Source: Candidatus Babeliales bacterium (GTDB lineage Bacteria; Babelota; Babeliae; Babelales; Vermiphilaceae). Taken from it: a DNA stretch of 39,032 nucleotides. The first letter of the stretch is position 1; each line of letters begins with the position of its first letter. The position numbers and the translations under genes are program-made. The DNA is taken from the NCBI GenBank assembly GCA_044451405.1, contig JBIOKB010000003.1, positions 1-39,032 on the forward strand, in the 5' to 3' direction. A model generated the notes under the pieces. It saw only the letters and a list, made by a program, of their open reading frames with translations, did not search any database and was not told the origin of the DNA. Positions 17,140 to 26,444 of the stretch are shown here, in pieces.

Positions 17140-18108
17140 ATGGCATATACTACAGGCGTCATTCTTGGTCCTACATCTATAAATATATCGGGATCATCTG
17201 CAACCAATATAGGAACTGGGTCATATTCAGGCACTGTTATTTTAGGCAATGCATCAGCTACAGCAGTTAACGTTGTGGCCCCTACAAACATTAACATTGC
17301 AGGTGCATTAAGCACCGCTATAGGTTCAACATCCAATACAGGTACTGTAGCAATTGGTAATACCAATTCAACCTCAGTTACCCTTATTGGTCCAGTTAAT
17401 ATAAATACAAGCTCAACCAATAGTACTGCCATAGGCTCAACGTCTAATAGCGGTACGATCTCAATTGGTAATACTTCAAGTGGCGCTATAGCTATTGATT
17501 GTGGTACTGCTGGTATAACAGTAGGTGCTACTGCCAATGCCCATAGTTCCACATTTGGTTCTACCATTACTACTTCATCTACGATAATACGATCAGGCTC
17601 TGGAAATATTACAAATAATACTGGATTTACGGTCAATAGTGGTGGTGTAAATTATAACACCAAACAACCAGCATTCTTGGCTTATTTATCCGCTCCTGTA
17701 ACAGATGTCACTGGTGATGGTACTACGTATACGGTTGCATTTAATACAACACTCTATGATCAAGCAAGTAACTTCAATACAGGAACCTTTACCTTCACAG
17801 CTCCTATAACAGGAATTTATTGTTTGCAATCTAGTCTTATATGGACGGGTCTAACTGTAGCACATACGAATGCATTTAATTTTATAGTAACAACAGGTAC
17901 GGTTTATATGTTTGGATATCAGAATCCAGGTATAAATAGATCATCATCAAATACACTTCAAACTAATAATACGGTGCTAGCTAAAATGAGTGCCGGTGAT
18001 ACTGCTACAGTAACTACACGAGTATTGAATAGCACTTTAGTAGTCGGATTAGATCAAAATGGATCTGGTGATCCACGTACCACATTTTCTGGCTTTCTAG
18101 TCTGTTAA
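17140..18108 (+). CDS. Tail fibre with C-terminal C1q-like domain
   Basis: PAFLAY…V.FNT.LYDQ.SNFN..T.TFTAP.TGIY…GDT..V…FSGFLV is the C1q pattern. Confidence 0.8.
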   Translation: MAYTTGVILGPTSINISGSSATNIGTGSYSGTVILGNASATAVNVVAPTNINIAGALSTAIGSTSNTGTVAIGNTNSTSVTLIGPVNINTSSTNSTAIGSTSNSGTISIGNTSSGAIAIDCGTAGITVGATANAHSSTFGSTITTSSTIIRSGSGNITNNTGFTVNSGGVNYNTKQPAFLAYLSAPVTDVTGDGTTYTVAFNTTLYDQASNFNTGTFTFTAPITGIYCLQSSLIWTGLTVAHTNAFNFIVTTGTVYMFGYQNPGINRSSSNTLQTNNTVLAKMSAGDTATVTTRVLNSTLVVGLDQNGSGDPRTTFSGFLVC

Positions 18109-18120
18109 AGGAGAGTAGTA

Positions 18121-20265
18121 ATGAGTTTAAGATTAGACGGGAATAATCCCTTATCCTATATGGGCGTCACTCCTGTACAGCCTCCTCAGATGTATGTGTA
18201 TTCTATTAATCCTACAATCAATGATTTTGCTAATGTGGGGAGCTATTGGCTCAATATTGGTACCAACCAAACACCTCAACAAAATCTCTGGATTCTTGTT
18301 AGTGTACGAGATGGGATTGCTACCTGGTTAGAATTAACAGGCGCAGGAAGAGTAATAACTTTACAATCTAATAGCGGTGGACTCGTTCCGCCTACTGCTG
18401 GTGGCAACATATTTGTGTTGGGCGATACGACAACTATAACGGGCGTAGGTTCTCCAGGTACGAATACGATTACTCTTTCTACAGCTGGCACTGTTGCGAC
18501 TTCGTATCTCACTGATGATACTCATAGTGCAATACCTGCTTTAGGCGTATTAACTGTGCATGGAACTGGTGGTATTACGACATCAAGTTCTGGATCAACC
18601 GTATCAATTAATAATGGTGGTGGTCTTGCTGATTCATTTCAGACTGATAGTGGTACAGCTACACCTGTTGCAGGAGTAATTCAATTTCATGCAGTAACTC
18701 AAGCAGGATCGTCCGTATCATTTTCAGGTGCGACTAATGTAGTAAAACTCAATACAACAGATGCCAATGATAATACGATTATTGGATTAAGTGCTGGTAA
18801 TTCTACTGTTTCGGGAACTAATAATACAGGCCTTGGATTTGATGTATTACATGCTTTAGCTGGTGGTGGTTCTAATACCTGTATTGGTTATCAAGCAGGA
18901 TTAGCTATTACTACAGGTATAAGTAATACCATAATTGGAGGATCTGCTGGGATTGCTATTACAACGCATAATCAGAATACTCTCATTGGTCAGCAATCTT
19001 ATAATCTCGGTATAGGAAATCAGAATACTGTTGTAGGGTATGATTCACTTTCTAATGCTGCGGGAAATTCAAATAACAACGTGGTAATTGGTATACAAAG
19101 CGCTTCTAATTATACGACTACTGAGAGCAATAATATCATAATCCAAAATTCTGGAACCATCGGAGACAATAATATACAACGATTGGGCACTGATGGTACT
19201 GGTACTAATCAAGTAAGTCAGACATTTATAGCAGGTACGGTTACTACAGCGCGAGACCTTACAGTAACAACGGGCAATGCAACTATCACTGCTGGCAATT
19301 TATTAATGCCAAATACTAATGGTGCAGGCACACAAGGAGAAATTCAATTTGGTGGTGCTGTATTTGTATCTAATTTTGGAACTTCTAATACTTTTGTAGG
19401 TGGTGGCTCAGGTAATACAACAACTACCGGAGCTGGTACTAATACTGGTGTTGGCACTGGAGTATTAGCAGCACTTACTACAGGTGCTGGTAATGCAGCA
19501 TTAGGAAATATTGCTCTTTCTGCATGCACTACAGGATCAGGTAACGTAGCTTTAGGTACTGGAGCAGGACGAGCAATTACAACGGGCGGTGGTAATGAGA
19601 TCATGGGTGGCAATACTGCTATCGGCCTAACAACAGGCAACTTCAATATAATCTTTGGTTCTGGCTCTGCTCCTGATCTAACAACGGGATCAAACAATCT
19701 TATTATAGGTACTCAATCTACTACTACTCTTATAACAGGGAACAACAATATAATTCTTGGGCAAGATACGGGTACTTCTTATACAGGGGCAGAATCTGAT
19801 AACATCTTGATTAATTCTGTAGGCGTCGTAGGTGAATCAAATAAGATTCGTATTGGCGTAAGTGGTACAGGTGCAGGGTTGCAGAATGCATGCTACGTAG
19901 CAGGTATTGCCGGAGTAACTACCGTAGTTAATGATGCAGTGCCAGTACTTATATCTGCCAGCACAGGCCAACTTGGTACCATATCATCATCTCTTCGCTA
20001 CAAAGAAAACATCAACGATATGGGCTCGGCAAGCGAAGCAATCTATAAACTTAGACCCGTAACATTCAACTATAAAGATCGTTCGCCTGAGGTCAAATCT
20101 ATTGGTCTTATAGCAGAAGAAGTGGCAAAGGTATTACCGCAACTAGTGGTATATGATATTGATGGACAATCTGAAACGCTAAAATACCAAGATTTACCTG
20201 TATTACTACTCAACGAAATTATCAAACTCAAAAAAGAAATCCAAGAACTCAGAGAATTAATTTAG
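18121..20265 (+). CDS. Long tail fibre with C-terminal intramolecular chaperone (peptidase S74-type)
   Basis: TTG..N..LG repeats; SS.RYKENI.D…IYKLRPVTFNYK…GLIAEEV…P.LV and terminal coiled coil. Confidence 0.88.
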   Translation: MSLRLDGNNPLSYMGVTPVQPPQMYVYSINPTINDFANVGSYWLNIGTNQTPQQNLWILVSVRDGIATWLELTGAGRVITLQSNSGGLVPPTAGGNIFVLGDTTTITGVGSPGTNTITLSTAGTVATSYLTDDTHSAIPALGVLTVHGTGGITTSSSGSTVSINNGGGLADSFQTDSGTATPVAGVIQFHAVTQAGSSVSFSGATNVVKLNTTDANDNTIIGLSAGNSTVSGTNNTGLGFDVLHALAGGGSNTCIGYQAGLAITTGISNTIIGGSAGIAITTHNQNTLIGQQSYNLGIGNQNTVVGYDSLSNAAGNSNNNVVIGIQSASNYTTTESNNIIIQNSGTIGDNNIQRLGTDGTGTNQVSQTFIAGTVTTARDLTVTTGNATITAGNLLMPNTNGAGTQGEIQFGGAVFVSNFGTSNTFVGGGSGNTTTTGAGTNTGVGTGVLAALTTGAGNAALGNIALSACTTGSGNVALGTGAGRAITTGGGNEIMGGNTAIGLTTGNFNIIFGSGSAPDLTTGSNNLIIGTQSTTTLITGNNNIILGQDTGTSYTGAESDNILINSVGVVGESNKIRIGVSGTGAGLQNACYVAGIAGVTTVVNDAVPVLISASTGQLGTISSSLRYKENINDMGSASEAIYKLRPVTFNYKDRSPEVKSIGLIAEEVAKVLPQLVVYDIDGQSETLKYQDLPVLLLNEIIKLKKEIQELRELI

Positions 20266-20287
20266 GCTTCTTTATCTCTCTACTCAT

Positions 20288-20322
20288 TCCCTACGGTAAG
20301 TGCTCTTCCTTTGCCGTAGGGA
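20288..20322. terminator. Hairpin between converging transcription units
   Basis: TCCCTACGG/CCGTAGGGA. Confidence 0.6.
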
Positions 20323-20508
20323 TTATTCTTCTTCCCAAACTAATTCATCACTCACATCACCCATATGTACCCATAACGGGTTCTCTTCATCCCTGCTACG
20401 CTGTACATATAACTGATTGCCTTCACTATTTATTACTTCACATAGAGTACCATAGGGCGCTTGATCATATTTAGTAGGAGCACTATGGCGATAGAGTGGC
20501 TGCTTCAT
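20323..20508 (-). CDS. Hypothetical protein
   Basis: AAGGA RBS; last gene of the leftward unit. Confidence 0.55.
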   Translation of the reverse strand: MKQPLYRHSAPTKYDQAPYGTLCEVINSEGNQLYVQRSRDEENPLWVHMGDVSDELVWEEE

Positions 20509-20527
20509 GATTTCCTTTTTTTACAAG

Positions 20528-20716
20528 TTAATATGCTTCAAATTTATCTGCTTGTTCTTGCATATATTTCATGAAACGGTCACCACATTCATCACATCCA
20601 TAAATACTTTGTGTGAAATAATGATTACGCGAATTTTTCCATGTAACTACTTTATTACATATATCACAGTGATCAATTTCTGGTTCTTTTTTCTTCTTCA
20701 TTACTAATACTCTCAC
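20528..20716 (-). CDS. Small zinc-finger protein
   Basis: CDIC…CDEC; overlaps ERF stop. Confidence 0.55.
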   Translation of the reverse strand: MRVLVMKKKKEPEIDHCDICNKVVTWKNSRNHYFTQSIYGCDECGDRFMKYMQEQADKFEAY

Positions 20717-21291
20717 TTCTTAGGGTTGAGGGTTTTTATTAATGCATTTGCTTCGCTGCTTGTGAGTTCTTCCAAGGATTCTACACCAATTTTCTTAGCC
20801 GTGTCTTGTTCTGATATATTAGCAGTTTTTAATAACTTACGTATGAAATTCAATTGTGGACCAGTAGCTCCTAATGAAGGAGCTTCACCATCATTATCTT
20901 CTTCAGCTTCTACCAATCCTAATATGTTCTTCAATTCGTACCGCCTACAATACGTTATGGATTCTCCAATTCCTTGATTAACATTTTTATTTTGGTCACT
21001 TGGGGGTAATAAGAAGTATGATTCAGTAAATTGACTGCTTGGCCAATGCGTTAGCGTAGTAATAAGAATCCGTGATCCATCCACCGTAAATGCAGAAGAT
21101 TGCTTAAAGCAGAGACTGCAATTATCTAAATGCTCCTGAATTGCACTTCTCATTTCAGGCAATGAAGCATAAGAATATTTACCCATTTTGTCTTTATTAA
21201 CAATCTGCATCTCTTTCTGGAACTGAGCTAATGCTTGATACAGCTTATCAATCTGTTCTGATTGCTTGGGCATTATAAGGAAGTTTTCCAT
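20713..21291 (-). CDS. erf: ERF-family single-strand annealing protein
   Basis: L..AL..FQ…K…Y.YASL…T.L.H..SQF…Q.IG..ITY.RRY.L..ILGL…EDNDG. Confidence 0.9.
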   Translation of the reverse strand: MENFLIMPKQSEQIDKLYQALAQFQKEMQIVNKDKMGKYSYASLPEMRSAIQEHLDNCSLCFKQSSAFTVDGSRILITTLTHWPSSQFTESYFLLPPSDQNKNVNQGIGESITYCRRYELKNILGLVEAEEDNDGEAPSLGATGPQLNFIRKLLKTANISEQDTAKKIGVESLEELTSSEANALIKTLNPKK

Positions 21292-21611
21292 TAGAAACTC
21301 GAATCGCCGCTAAGCATAACTTTTATTGAATTGGCAAATTTATCCATATCCATATCTATACACATAAGTTTGTATGTCTCTTCCGAAAATTTAGCAGGAT
21401 TAAAGTCATTCTTCATGCGATTTACCTGTTCTTGGTATTGTATACTCTTTTGCTGCATCTTATCCAATAAAGCATCAATCAATTCTTTATTTTCCATATA
21501 TTTCTTTCGCGCTATACGTGCATTATTTAATTTTCCACACCAATCAAGGATTCTTGAATATCCTATCGCTAATCCTATTATTACTGCACCGAAAAACATA
21601 AATATCATCAT
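21291..21611 (-). CDS. Membrane-anchored coiled-coil hypothetical protein
   Basis: N-terminal hydrophobic helix; coupled to neighbours. Confidence 0.55.
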   Translation of the reverse strand: MMIFMFFGAVIIGLAIGYSRILDWCGKLNNARIARKKYMENKELIDALLDKMQQKSIQYQEQVNRMKNDFNPAKFSEETYKLMCIDMDMDKFANSIKVMLSGDSSF

Positions 21612-21832
21612 CCTTCATCCCTTCCAACATCATCCAGCATTGCGAGATATTTAGCATATTTATTAGGGCCGACATTATCTCTTATTTCGAGTTCTTTCTC
21701 ATGATCTTCTTTGGCTAACTCATCAAAGAATTCATCTAATGTCTGGATAGAGCCTTCATCCCATATGATTTCAATCTTATCTATAACGACTTTTGTATCC
21801 ATTACTCCCCCATTTCCATTGATAGTTTCCAT
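21608..21832 (-). CDS. Acidic hypothetical protein (start may be ATG at 21802)
   Basis: In operon; GGAG upstream of the internal Met. Confidence 0.55.
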   Translation of the reverse strand: METINGNGGVMDTKVVIDKIEIIWDEGSIQTLDEFFDELAKEDHEKELEIRDNVGPNKYAKYLAMLDDVGRDEG

Positions 21833-22113
21833 ACTTCTAATGATTCTTTTCTATACGGCTCTAAATCAACCCCACGCAATTCAGGAATACGTCCATAATC
21901 CACATTCCCTTTTCTCACGATAAAGTCATATACAAAGCCACCACCCTTTGACCATGCACCATGAGACAACGTCTTTAATATATCGCTATACATCTTCTCT
22001 TGCTTTTCAGCCTCCATACGAGCAGCTCTCCATTTGGCCATATTACGCGCTGTTTCTATCCAGGCGCTGTCTCTTTCAACATAGCCTTCTGTTACCTGAT
22101 ACTTGATTTCCAT
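21802..22113 (-). CDS. Stand-alone C-terminal domain of YqaJ/lambda-exonuclease-like proteins
   Basis: Coiled coil then RKGNVDY..IPEL.GVDLE.YRK…WKL, recalled from YqaJ-type C-termini; near erf; GAGG RBS. Confidence 0.5.
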   Translation of the reverse strand: MEIKYQVTEGYVERDSAWIETARNMAKWRAARMEAEKQEKMYSDILKTLSHGAWSKGGGFVYDFIVRKGNVDYGRIPELRGVDLEPYRKESLEVWKLSMEMGE

Positions 22114-22123
22114 AGTTACCTCA

Positions 22124-22372
22124 TTATTTAGTTTTTAACCACAATTGTTTTTTAATTTCTATCCAATTCCAGTAACAATCTTTCGTGCAAAATTTAGCAA
22201 CTTGATTTAAAGGCCTTTTTGCTTCCCCTAACCAATAATCAAGAGGAGCTAATTTTTTGCATTGATCACATATTTCTAAAGAACTTGGAATATCACGCCA
22301 AGGGCCCCAATCTCTTTCATATAATTGATAGTTTTCTTCTTTTCCCAAATTCAATTCAATCTTATTAATCAT
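22124..22372 (-). CDS. Hypothetical zinc-binding protein
   Basis: CDQC…FCTKDC; first gene of the leftward unit. Confidence 0.6.
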   Translation of the reverse strand: MINKIELNLGKEENYQLYERDWGPWRDIPSSLEICDQCKKLAPLDYWLGEAKRPLNQVAKFCTKDCYWNWIEIKKQLWLKTK

Positions 22373-22554
22373 GGTATTTTCCCTTATTGGTTAGTTAATG
22401 TTATGTATAATTTATCACCTTCTGCACATATTGCAAGGTATTTCTTGTTAATTTTAGAACAATAAAGATGTTGTTCAAGGCTAATACTTGCTATTATTGT
22501 GATAATCTGTAACTTATTATCATAACTACTACGTAAAGGTATAAAAGGAACTCT

Positions 22555-22803
22555 ATGAAACAAGAAATCACTGTCTTAAACCATAGGAATAAGGCGATCA
22601 GGGACCGTTTGCGCTCCCGGGTCCAAAAAATCATGCGAAGTCGAAGTATTGGTCCAATGAGGATTGTACATGAGGCAGGGGTACATCATTCAACCTTGGG
22701 CCTATTTTTAAAGGATATTAAGCTCATATCCTTTATTCAGATGTGCAAGATAGAAGATTGGGTATTAGAACACGAGTTTGATGAGGAAGATAATGATGAA
22801 TAA
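22555..22803 (+). CDS. Cro/XRE-like HTH regulator
   Basis: RIVHEAGVHHSTLGLFL…IEDW; first gene right of a divergent AT-rich intergenic region. Confidence 0.6.
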   Translation: MKQEITVLNHRNKAIRDRLRSRVQKIMRSRSIGPMRIVHEAGVHHSTLGLFLKDIKLISFIQMCKIEDWVLEHEFDEEDNDE

Positions 22804-23161
22804 GATGTGCACCCAATGTGAATATGTAAAGCCCATTACTGATTTTTCTATTGATAGGATTGTTAAAGGAGGCCGTAAGAATCAATGTAAGGAATGTAAA
22901 AAAGCATACGGCAAAGAGCATTACGCTAAAAACAAAGAAGCCTATATAGAGAGTACGCGGAAGTTTCGATTAAAAATGAATAACAATTGGTGTGGTGTTT
23001 GTTTTCAAGGATCAACGCCCACTGCTCCGTTATTGGAAGATCTGGATAATAACGACAAATTTAAAGGACTCTTATGTTATCCCTGTAAAACAGCATTAGC
23101 TTTATTTAAGAAACATATTGATATATTACACAACGCGATTAAATACCTAGGAAATGAATGA
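22793..23161 (+). CDS. Endonuclease VII-like zinc protein, catalytic residues substituted
   Basis: CTQC…CKEC N-terminal Zn module; CGVC…LEDLD…KGLLCYPCK…AIKYL. GAGG RBS before 22793. Confidence 0.7.
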   Translation: MMNKMCTQCEYVKPITDFSIDRIVKGGRKNQCKECKKAYGKEHYAKNKEAYIESTRKFRLKMNNNWCGVCFQGSTPTAPLLEDLDNNDKFKGLLCYPCKTALALFKKHIDILHNAIKYLGNE

Positions 23162-23718
23162 ACAAGATATGCACCCAATGTGACTATATAAAACCACTCG
23201 ATATGTTCCCTAAGAGCATGACAACTCTAGATGGCTATTATGAAGTATGTAAGAGCTGCTTTACCAATGGAAATAAGCCTGCTCTACGCATAGATCCTAC
23301 ACCTGTTGCCCCTATAGCCCCTCGCAATGAACAGCCAACAATAGCAGCTGCATGGGGACAACAGCCTGAATATATGTCTACGCCCTACATTCCCAAGAAA
23401 CGTGGAAGAATCCCTAAACCAAAGCGCACCGAGGAAGAGAAATTACAGATAGCACGCGCATGGTCTTATAATAATCACTATGGATTAAGCTTAGAAGGCT
23501 GGGAAAATATTAAAGCTTCCCAAGATAACAAATGCGCTATATGTAGGAAAGTTCCAACAGGCGAGAAGCAATTTGGTATACTTGTAGTAGATTATGATAA
23601 ACATACTGATACGGTGCGTGGTGCTGTATGTCGCCACTGTAAATTAGGACTCAGCAGTTTCCCTGATTCTGACAGATTATTCAAGGCTATTGAATATTTA
23701 GAAAAATCTAATAAGTAA
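23158..23718 (+). CDS. Endonuclease VII-like zinc protein, catalytic residues substituted
   Basis: YGLSLE.W…Q..KCAIC…LVVDYD..T..VRG.VCRHCK.GL…AIEYL. Confidence 0.8.
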   Translation: MNKICTQCDYIKPLDMFPKSMTTLDGYYEVCKSCFTNGNKPALRIDPTPVAPIAPRNEQPTIAAAWGQQPEYMSTPYIPKKRGRIPKPKRTEEEKLQIARAWSYNNHYGLSLEGWENIKASQDNKCAICRKVPTGEKQFGILVVDYDKHTDTVRGAVCRHCKLGLSSFPDSDRLFKAIEYLEKSNK

Positions 23719-23724
23719 AAAATG

Positions 23725-23762
23725 GTACACCCCTATTGGCATCTAGTTCAATAGGGGTGTAC
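23725..23762 (-). terminator. Intrinsic terminator (likely bidirectional)
   Basis: 14-bp stem GTACACCCCTATTG/CAATAGGGGTGTAC with A-tract on the left. Confidence 0.7.
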
Positions 23763-23860
23763 TGTATATGAATTCTATATAATATTATTGGTGTACTAGG
23801 ATTTCGTTAGGTTGCTCTATTACAATAATTCTTCCTATCCAATAACATCAGTGACAGAGC

Positions 23861-24112
23861 TCATCGTACCTTATCAAATACTTTTACAATATTATCGCTG
23901 CTCAGAATCATCGCAATCCCCATTATAAACATCGCTAAGCCACAAACATCATCTGAGTTGCATTTCTTTTCTTTAAAGATGAGATACATACCAGAATAGG
24001 ATAATCCTGCGCCTACAGCGCATACACCAAAAAATCGTGGATCACATTTAGTAAGTAAAGACATGCATAAGCACGTTACGGCAAGATAGTGCAGAAAAAA
24101 TCTGTTTGTCAT
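23861..24112 (-). CDS. Small three-helix membrane protein
   Basis: Three hydrophobic segments; isolated reverse gene with downstream terminator. Confidence 0.6.
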   Translation of the reverse strand: MTNRFFLHYLAVTCLCMSLLTKCDPRFFGVCAVGAGLSYSGMYLIFKEKKCNSDDVCGLAMFIMGIAMILSSDNIVKVFDKVR

Positions 24113-24247
24113 AGTACCACCCTTTTAAGAATTTACTTGTATATTTTATATCACTAGATATAATACGTGCTGTTGAAATCAAAAAAGAAGAGCCGCTCAC
24201 TAGGAACGACTCTAACTTTTTTATAACTTCTTGTTCTTGACGGACAC

Positions 24248-25390
24248 ATGAAAATTATGAATCCAATAATACCGCAAACAAACACAGCAAGTCAACAAAA
24301 ACTTTCACAAATAGTGGAATGTTTACAACATCTGAGCAAATCTCATCAACGTATTTGGCGCGAACTTAATTCCTACAAGAATCACTACGAATTTGTATTT
24401 CCATCACACGATCGGTTAGCTGTTGCATGTAATGTACACAGAAATACGGTAAAGAACGCTATCAACGAATTTAAACGTCTGGGTTGGATAAAAACCATAC
24501 GACGTTATAACAAGTCGTTGGTATATCTTTTTAGCAGTGATTTTGATTGCAAAGACGTTCAAAAAGCAATGTCAGTATTTTTCATAACATTAGCGCTTAT
24601 CACTCCCGTTTTACTTCAATCTCCAAAGCGTGCTACTAATCGAGATTGTCCATTAAGTAATATTAAGAGTTTTATTTATAAAACTAATCTCAGAATCTCA
24701 GAGAGTAATACCGTGGGCGCACGCGAGGAGAACGTCCTCGCTGTCATTCTTGAACTGAGACCTGGGATTTCCATACAGAAAAAAGAGAACGTAATGAATG
24801 AACAAGCAAATCCACGGGTTGCATGGGGTCATGCCATCAAAGATCTGCACCAAAAACTACCACTGGAGAATCATGGACTTGCAAAACTATCAGCATTTCC
24901 TGCTGAAGCAATACGTCATGCAAGTAAGTTTATACCGCAGATCTACAAAGCTACAACGCCTTTTCAGTATCTTGTATTTCTCTGCGATAAGTATTGCAGC
25001 GAGAATGCAATACAGCCTGATTGGGCGCAGTACAAAGCACTGTGCAGTAGATTCAACATCCAAGAAGGCAACAAAGAGTTTCTCGATATGACAGCGTTTG
25101 AGAAGCTAAAAGCTGACGAAGAAGAAAAGAGTGAGTATCAACTCACCACTACGCAGAACCAATATCTTAAACGGGATATGAGGCAGCAAACTGTTCAGTC
25201 GAAACCTTATACGCCACCATCAACTGGGCCATTGGCTATCTGGAAGCAAACTGATGTTCGCGATGAGAAGTTTACAGTTATGGGCAAACTGGCATATTTG
25301 GATGGTGACCCTACTGCAGCAGAATGGCAGAAAACTAAAAGGTATGATGAATATGCCGCGATTCTTAGAGAAGGATTTTCTAACCAGTAG
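24248..25390 (+). CDS. Replication initiator with N-terminal winged HTH
   Basis: VFPSHDRLAVACNVHRNTVKNAINEFKRLGWI…Y pattern of phage initiator HTH domains. Confidence 0.75.
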   Translation: MKIMNPIIPQTNTASQQKLSQIVECLQHLSKSHQRIWRELNSYKNHYEFVFPSHDRLAVACNVHRNTVKNAINEFKRLGWIKTIRRYNKSLVYLFSSDFDCKDVQKAMSVFFITLALITPVLLQSPKRATNRDCPLSNIKSFIYKTNLRISESNTVGAREENVLAVILELRPGISIQKKENVMNEQANPRVAWGHAIKDLHQKLPLENHGLAKLSAFPAEAIRHASKFIPQIYKATTPFQYLVFLCDKYCSENAIQPDWAQYKALCSRFNIQEGNKEFLDMTAFEKLKADEEEKSEYQLTTTQNQYLKRDMRQQTVQSKPYTPPSTGPLAIWKQTDVRDEKFTVMGKLAYLDGDPTAAEWQKTKRYDEYAAILREGFSNQ

Positions 25391-25452
25391 ACATATAAGT
25401 CCAAAGATAGACGATTGCCAAAATGGGAACAGGATAAATCTAAGTTGGGATA

Positions 25453-25713
25453 TTGATGTATATGAAGAATGCAAGTTTTGAAGATTTAAAGGATGAAATT
25501 ACTCAATCATTGAAAGATCCAAGTAAAGATTTCGAAATACATGAGCAAGTATCTCTTTTTGAAGGATTTATTGAATTTCCTATATGTAATTCACCTAGTG
25601 ATTATGGCCTATTTGCTAAAGAAACAGTTCCAACAATTATGTTAATTGGTAAAAGCGGAAGACTTTATTTTTTATCTTTAAAGATAATTTTACCACATAT
25701 GGTACTCAGGTAA
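25453..25713 (+). CDS. Hypothetical protein
   Basis: 86-aa co-oriented ORF; start uncertain. Confidence 0.5.
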   Translation: MMYMKNASFEDLKDEITQSLKDPSKDFEIHEQVSLFEGFIEFPICNSPSDYGLFAKETVPTIMLIGKSGRLYFLSLKIILPHMVLR

Positions 25714-25837
25714 AGGAACTGAATGAGTGATAAATTATTAGCGCAAGAAAAAATAGCGTAGATTCCCTTTTTAGAAATTGAGCATACACTATTCCTTAAC
25801 TGGCAACCCTAGCAAGTTATCGGTTAAGGAATACGTA

Positions 25838-26287
25838 ATGAAGTACACGTATATTATACCTGGTGATCCTACTCCTACAGCGCATATACGCAATGGCCAG
25901 CGCCAAGGATATGATGCACAAAAAGGAGAGCGTAAGCGATTTATACTGATCCTTACGAATCAACACAATGACAAGCCACTTCTTTATGGCCCCTTACATT
26001 TGCAAATACATTTCTATCTACCCATTCCCCTTTCTGGATCTCAAGAACCACTCAGCCCTCAATATACATTGCCGCGTTTAACCAGTCTGATATTTTATGT
26101 GGAAGAATGTGCACGTGGTATACTTATACCTGATGTATGCACTATAGTGTCGATGGAATGTACCAAGAGTTATGATAGTAATCCCCGCGTTGAATTTTCG
26201 TTAACCCCGTTACAGAAAAAAGGAAAAGTATGGCAACACCAACTCCAGCCCCAAGCACAGCCTCCAAGGCCGAAGCCTTCGTCTTAG
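25838..26287 (+). CDS. RusA-like resolvase-fold protein with degenerate active site
   Basis: Y.IPGDP.P…GPL.L.I.FYLP.P…P(RLTS)L…GI..PD…IV…K.Y..NPRVEF; AAGGA RBS before ATG 25838. Confidence 0.75.
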   Translation: MKYTYIIPGDPTPTAHIRNGQRQGYDAQKGERKRFILILTNQHNDKPLLYGPLHLQIHFYLPIPLSGSQEPLSPQYTLPRLTSLIFYVEECARGILIPDVCTIVSMECTKSYDSNPRVEFSLTPLQKKGKVWQHQLQPQAQPPRPKPSS

Positions 26288-26439
26288 ACGTTATTGGACT
26301 TCTCACCAAGTTAGACCCGTCCTCACTATCCAGCGACTATCAGTATGTGATGATCGGCATACAGGATATCCAGAAGATAGTTGCAGCCCTCCAAGAACTG
26401 GATCAACTTAAAAACAATATTTCAAATACGAATACTTAA
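26230..26439 (+). CDS. Small hypothetical protein
   Basis: AAGGA RBS; overlaps the 3' end of the RusA-like gene. Confidence 0.55.
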   Translation: MATPTPAPSTASKAEAFVLDVIGLLTKLDPSSLSSDYQYVMIGIQDIQKIVAALQELDQLKNNISNTNT

Positions 26440-26444
26440 TTACT

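Noticed and set aside
15552-19697. Minus-strand ORFs 15552, 17121, 18276 and 19344
   Set aside because: Shadow frames of Gly/Thr/Asn-rich fibre genes.
22793-23718. Active homing endonucleases mobilising the capsid intron in trans
   Set aside because: Catalytic His and Asn positions are substituted in both proteins.
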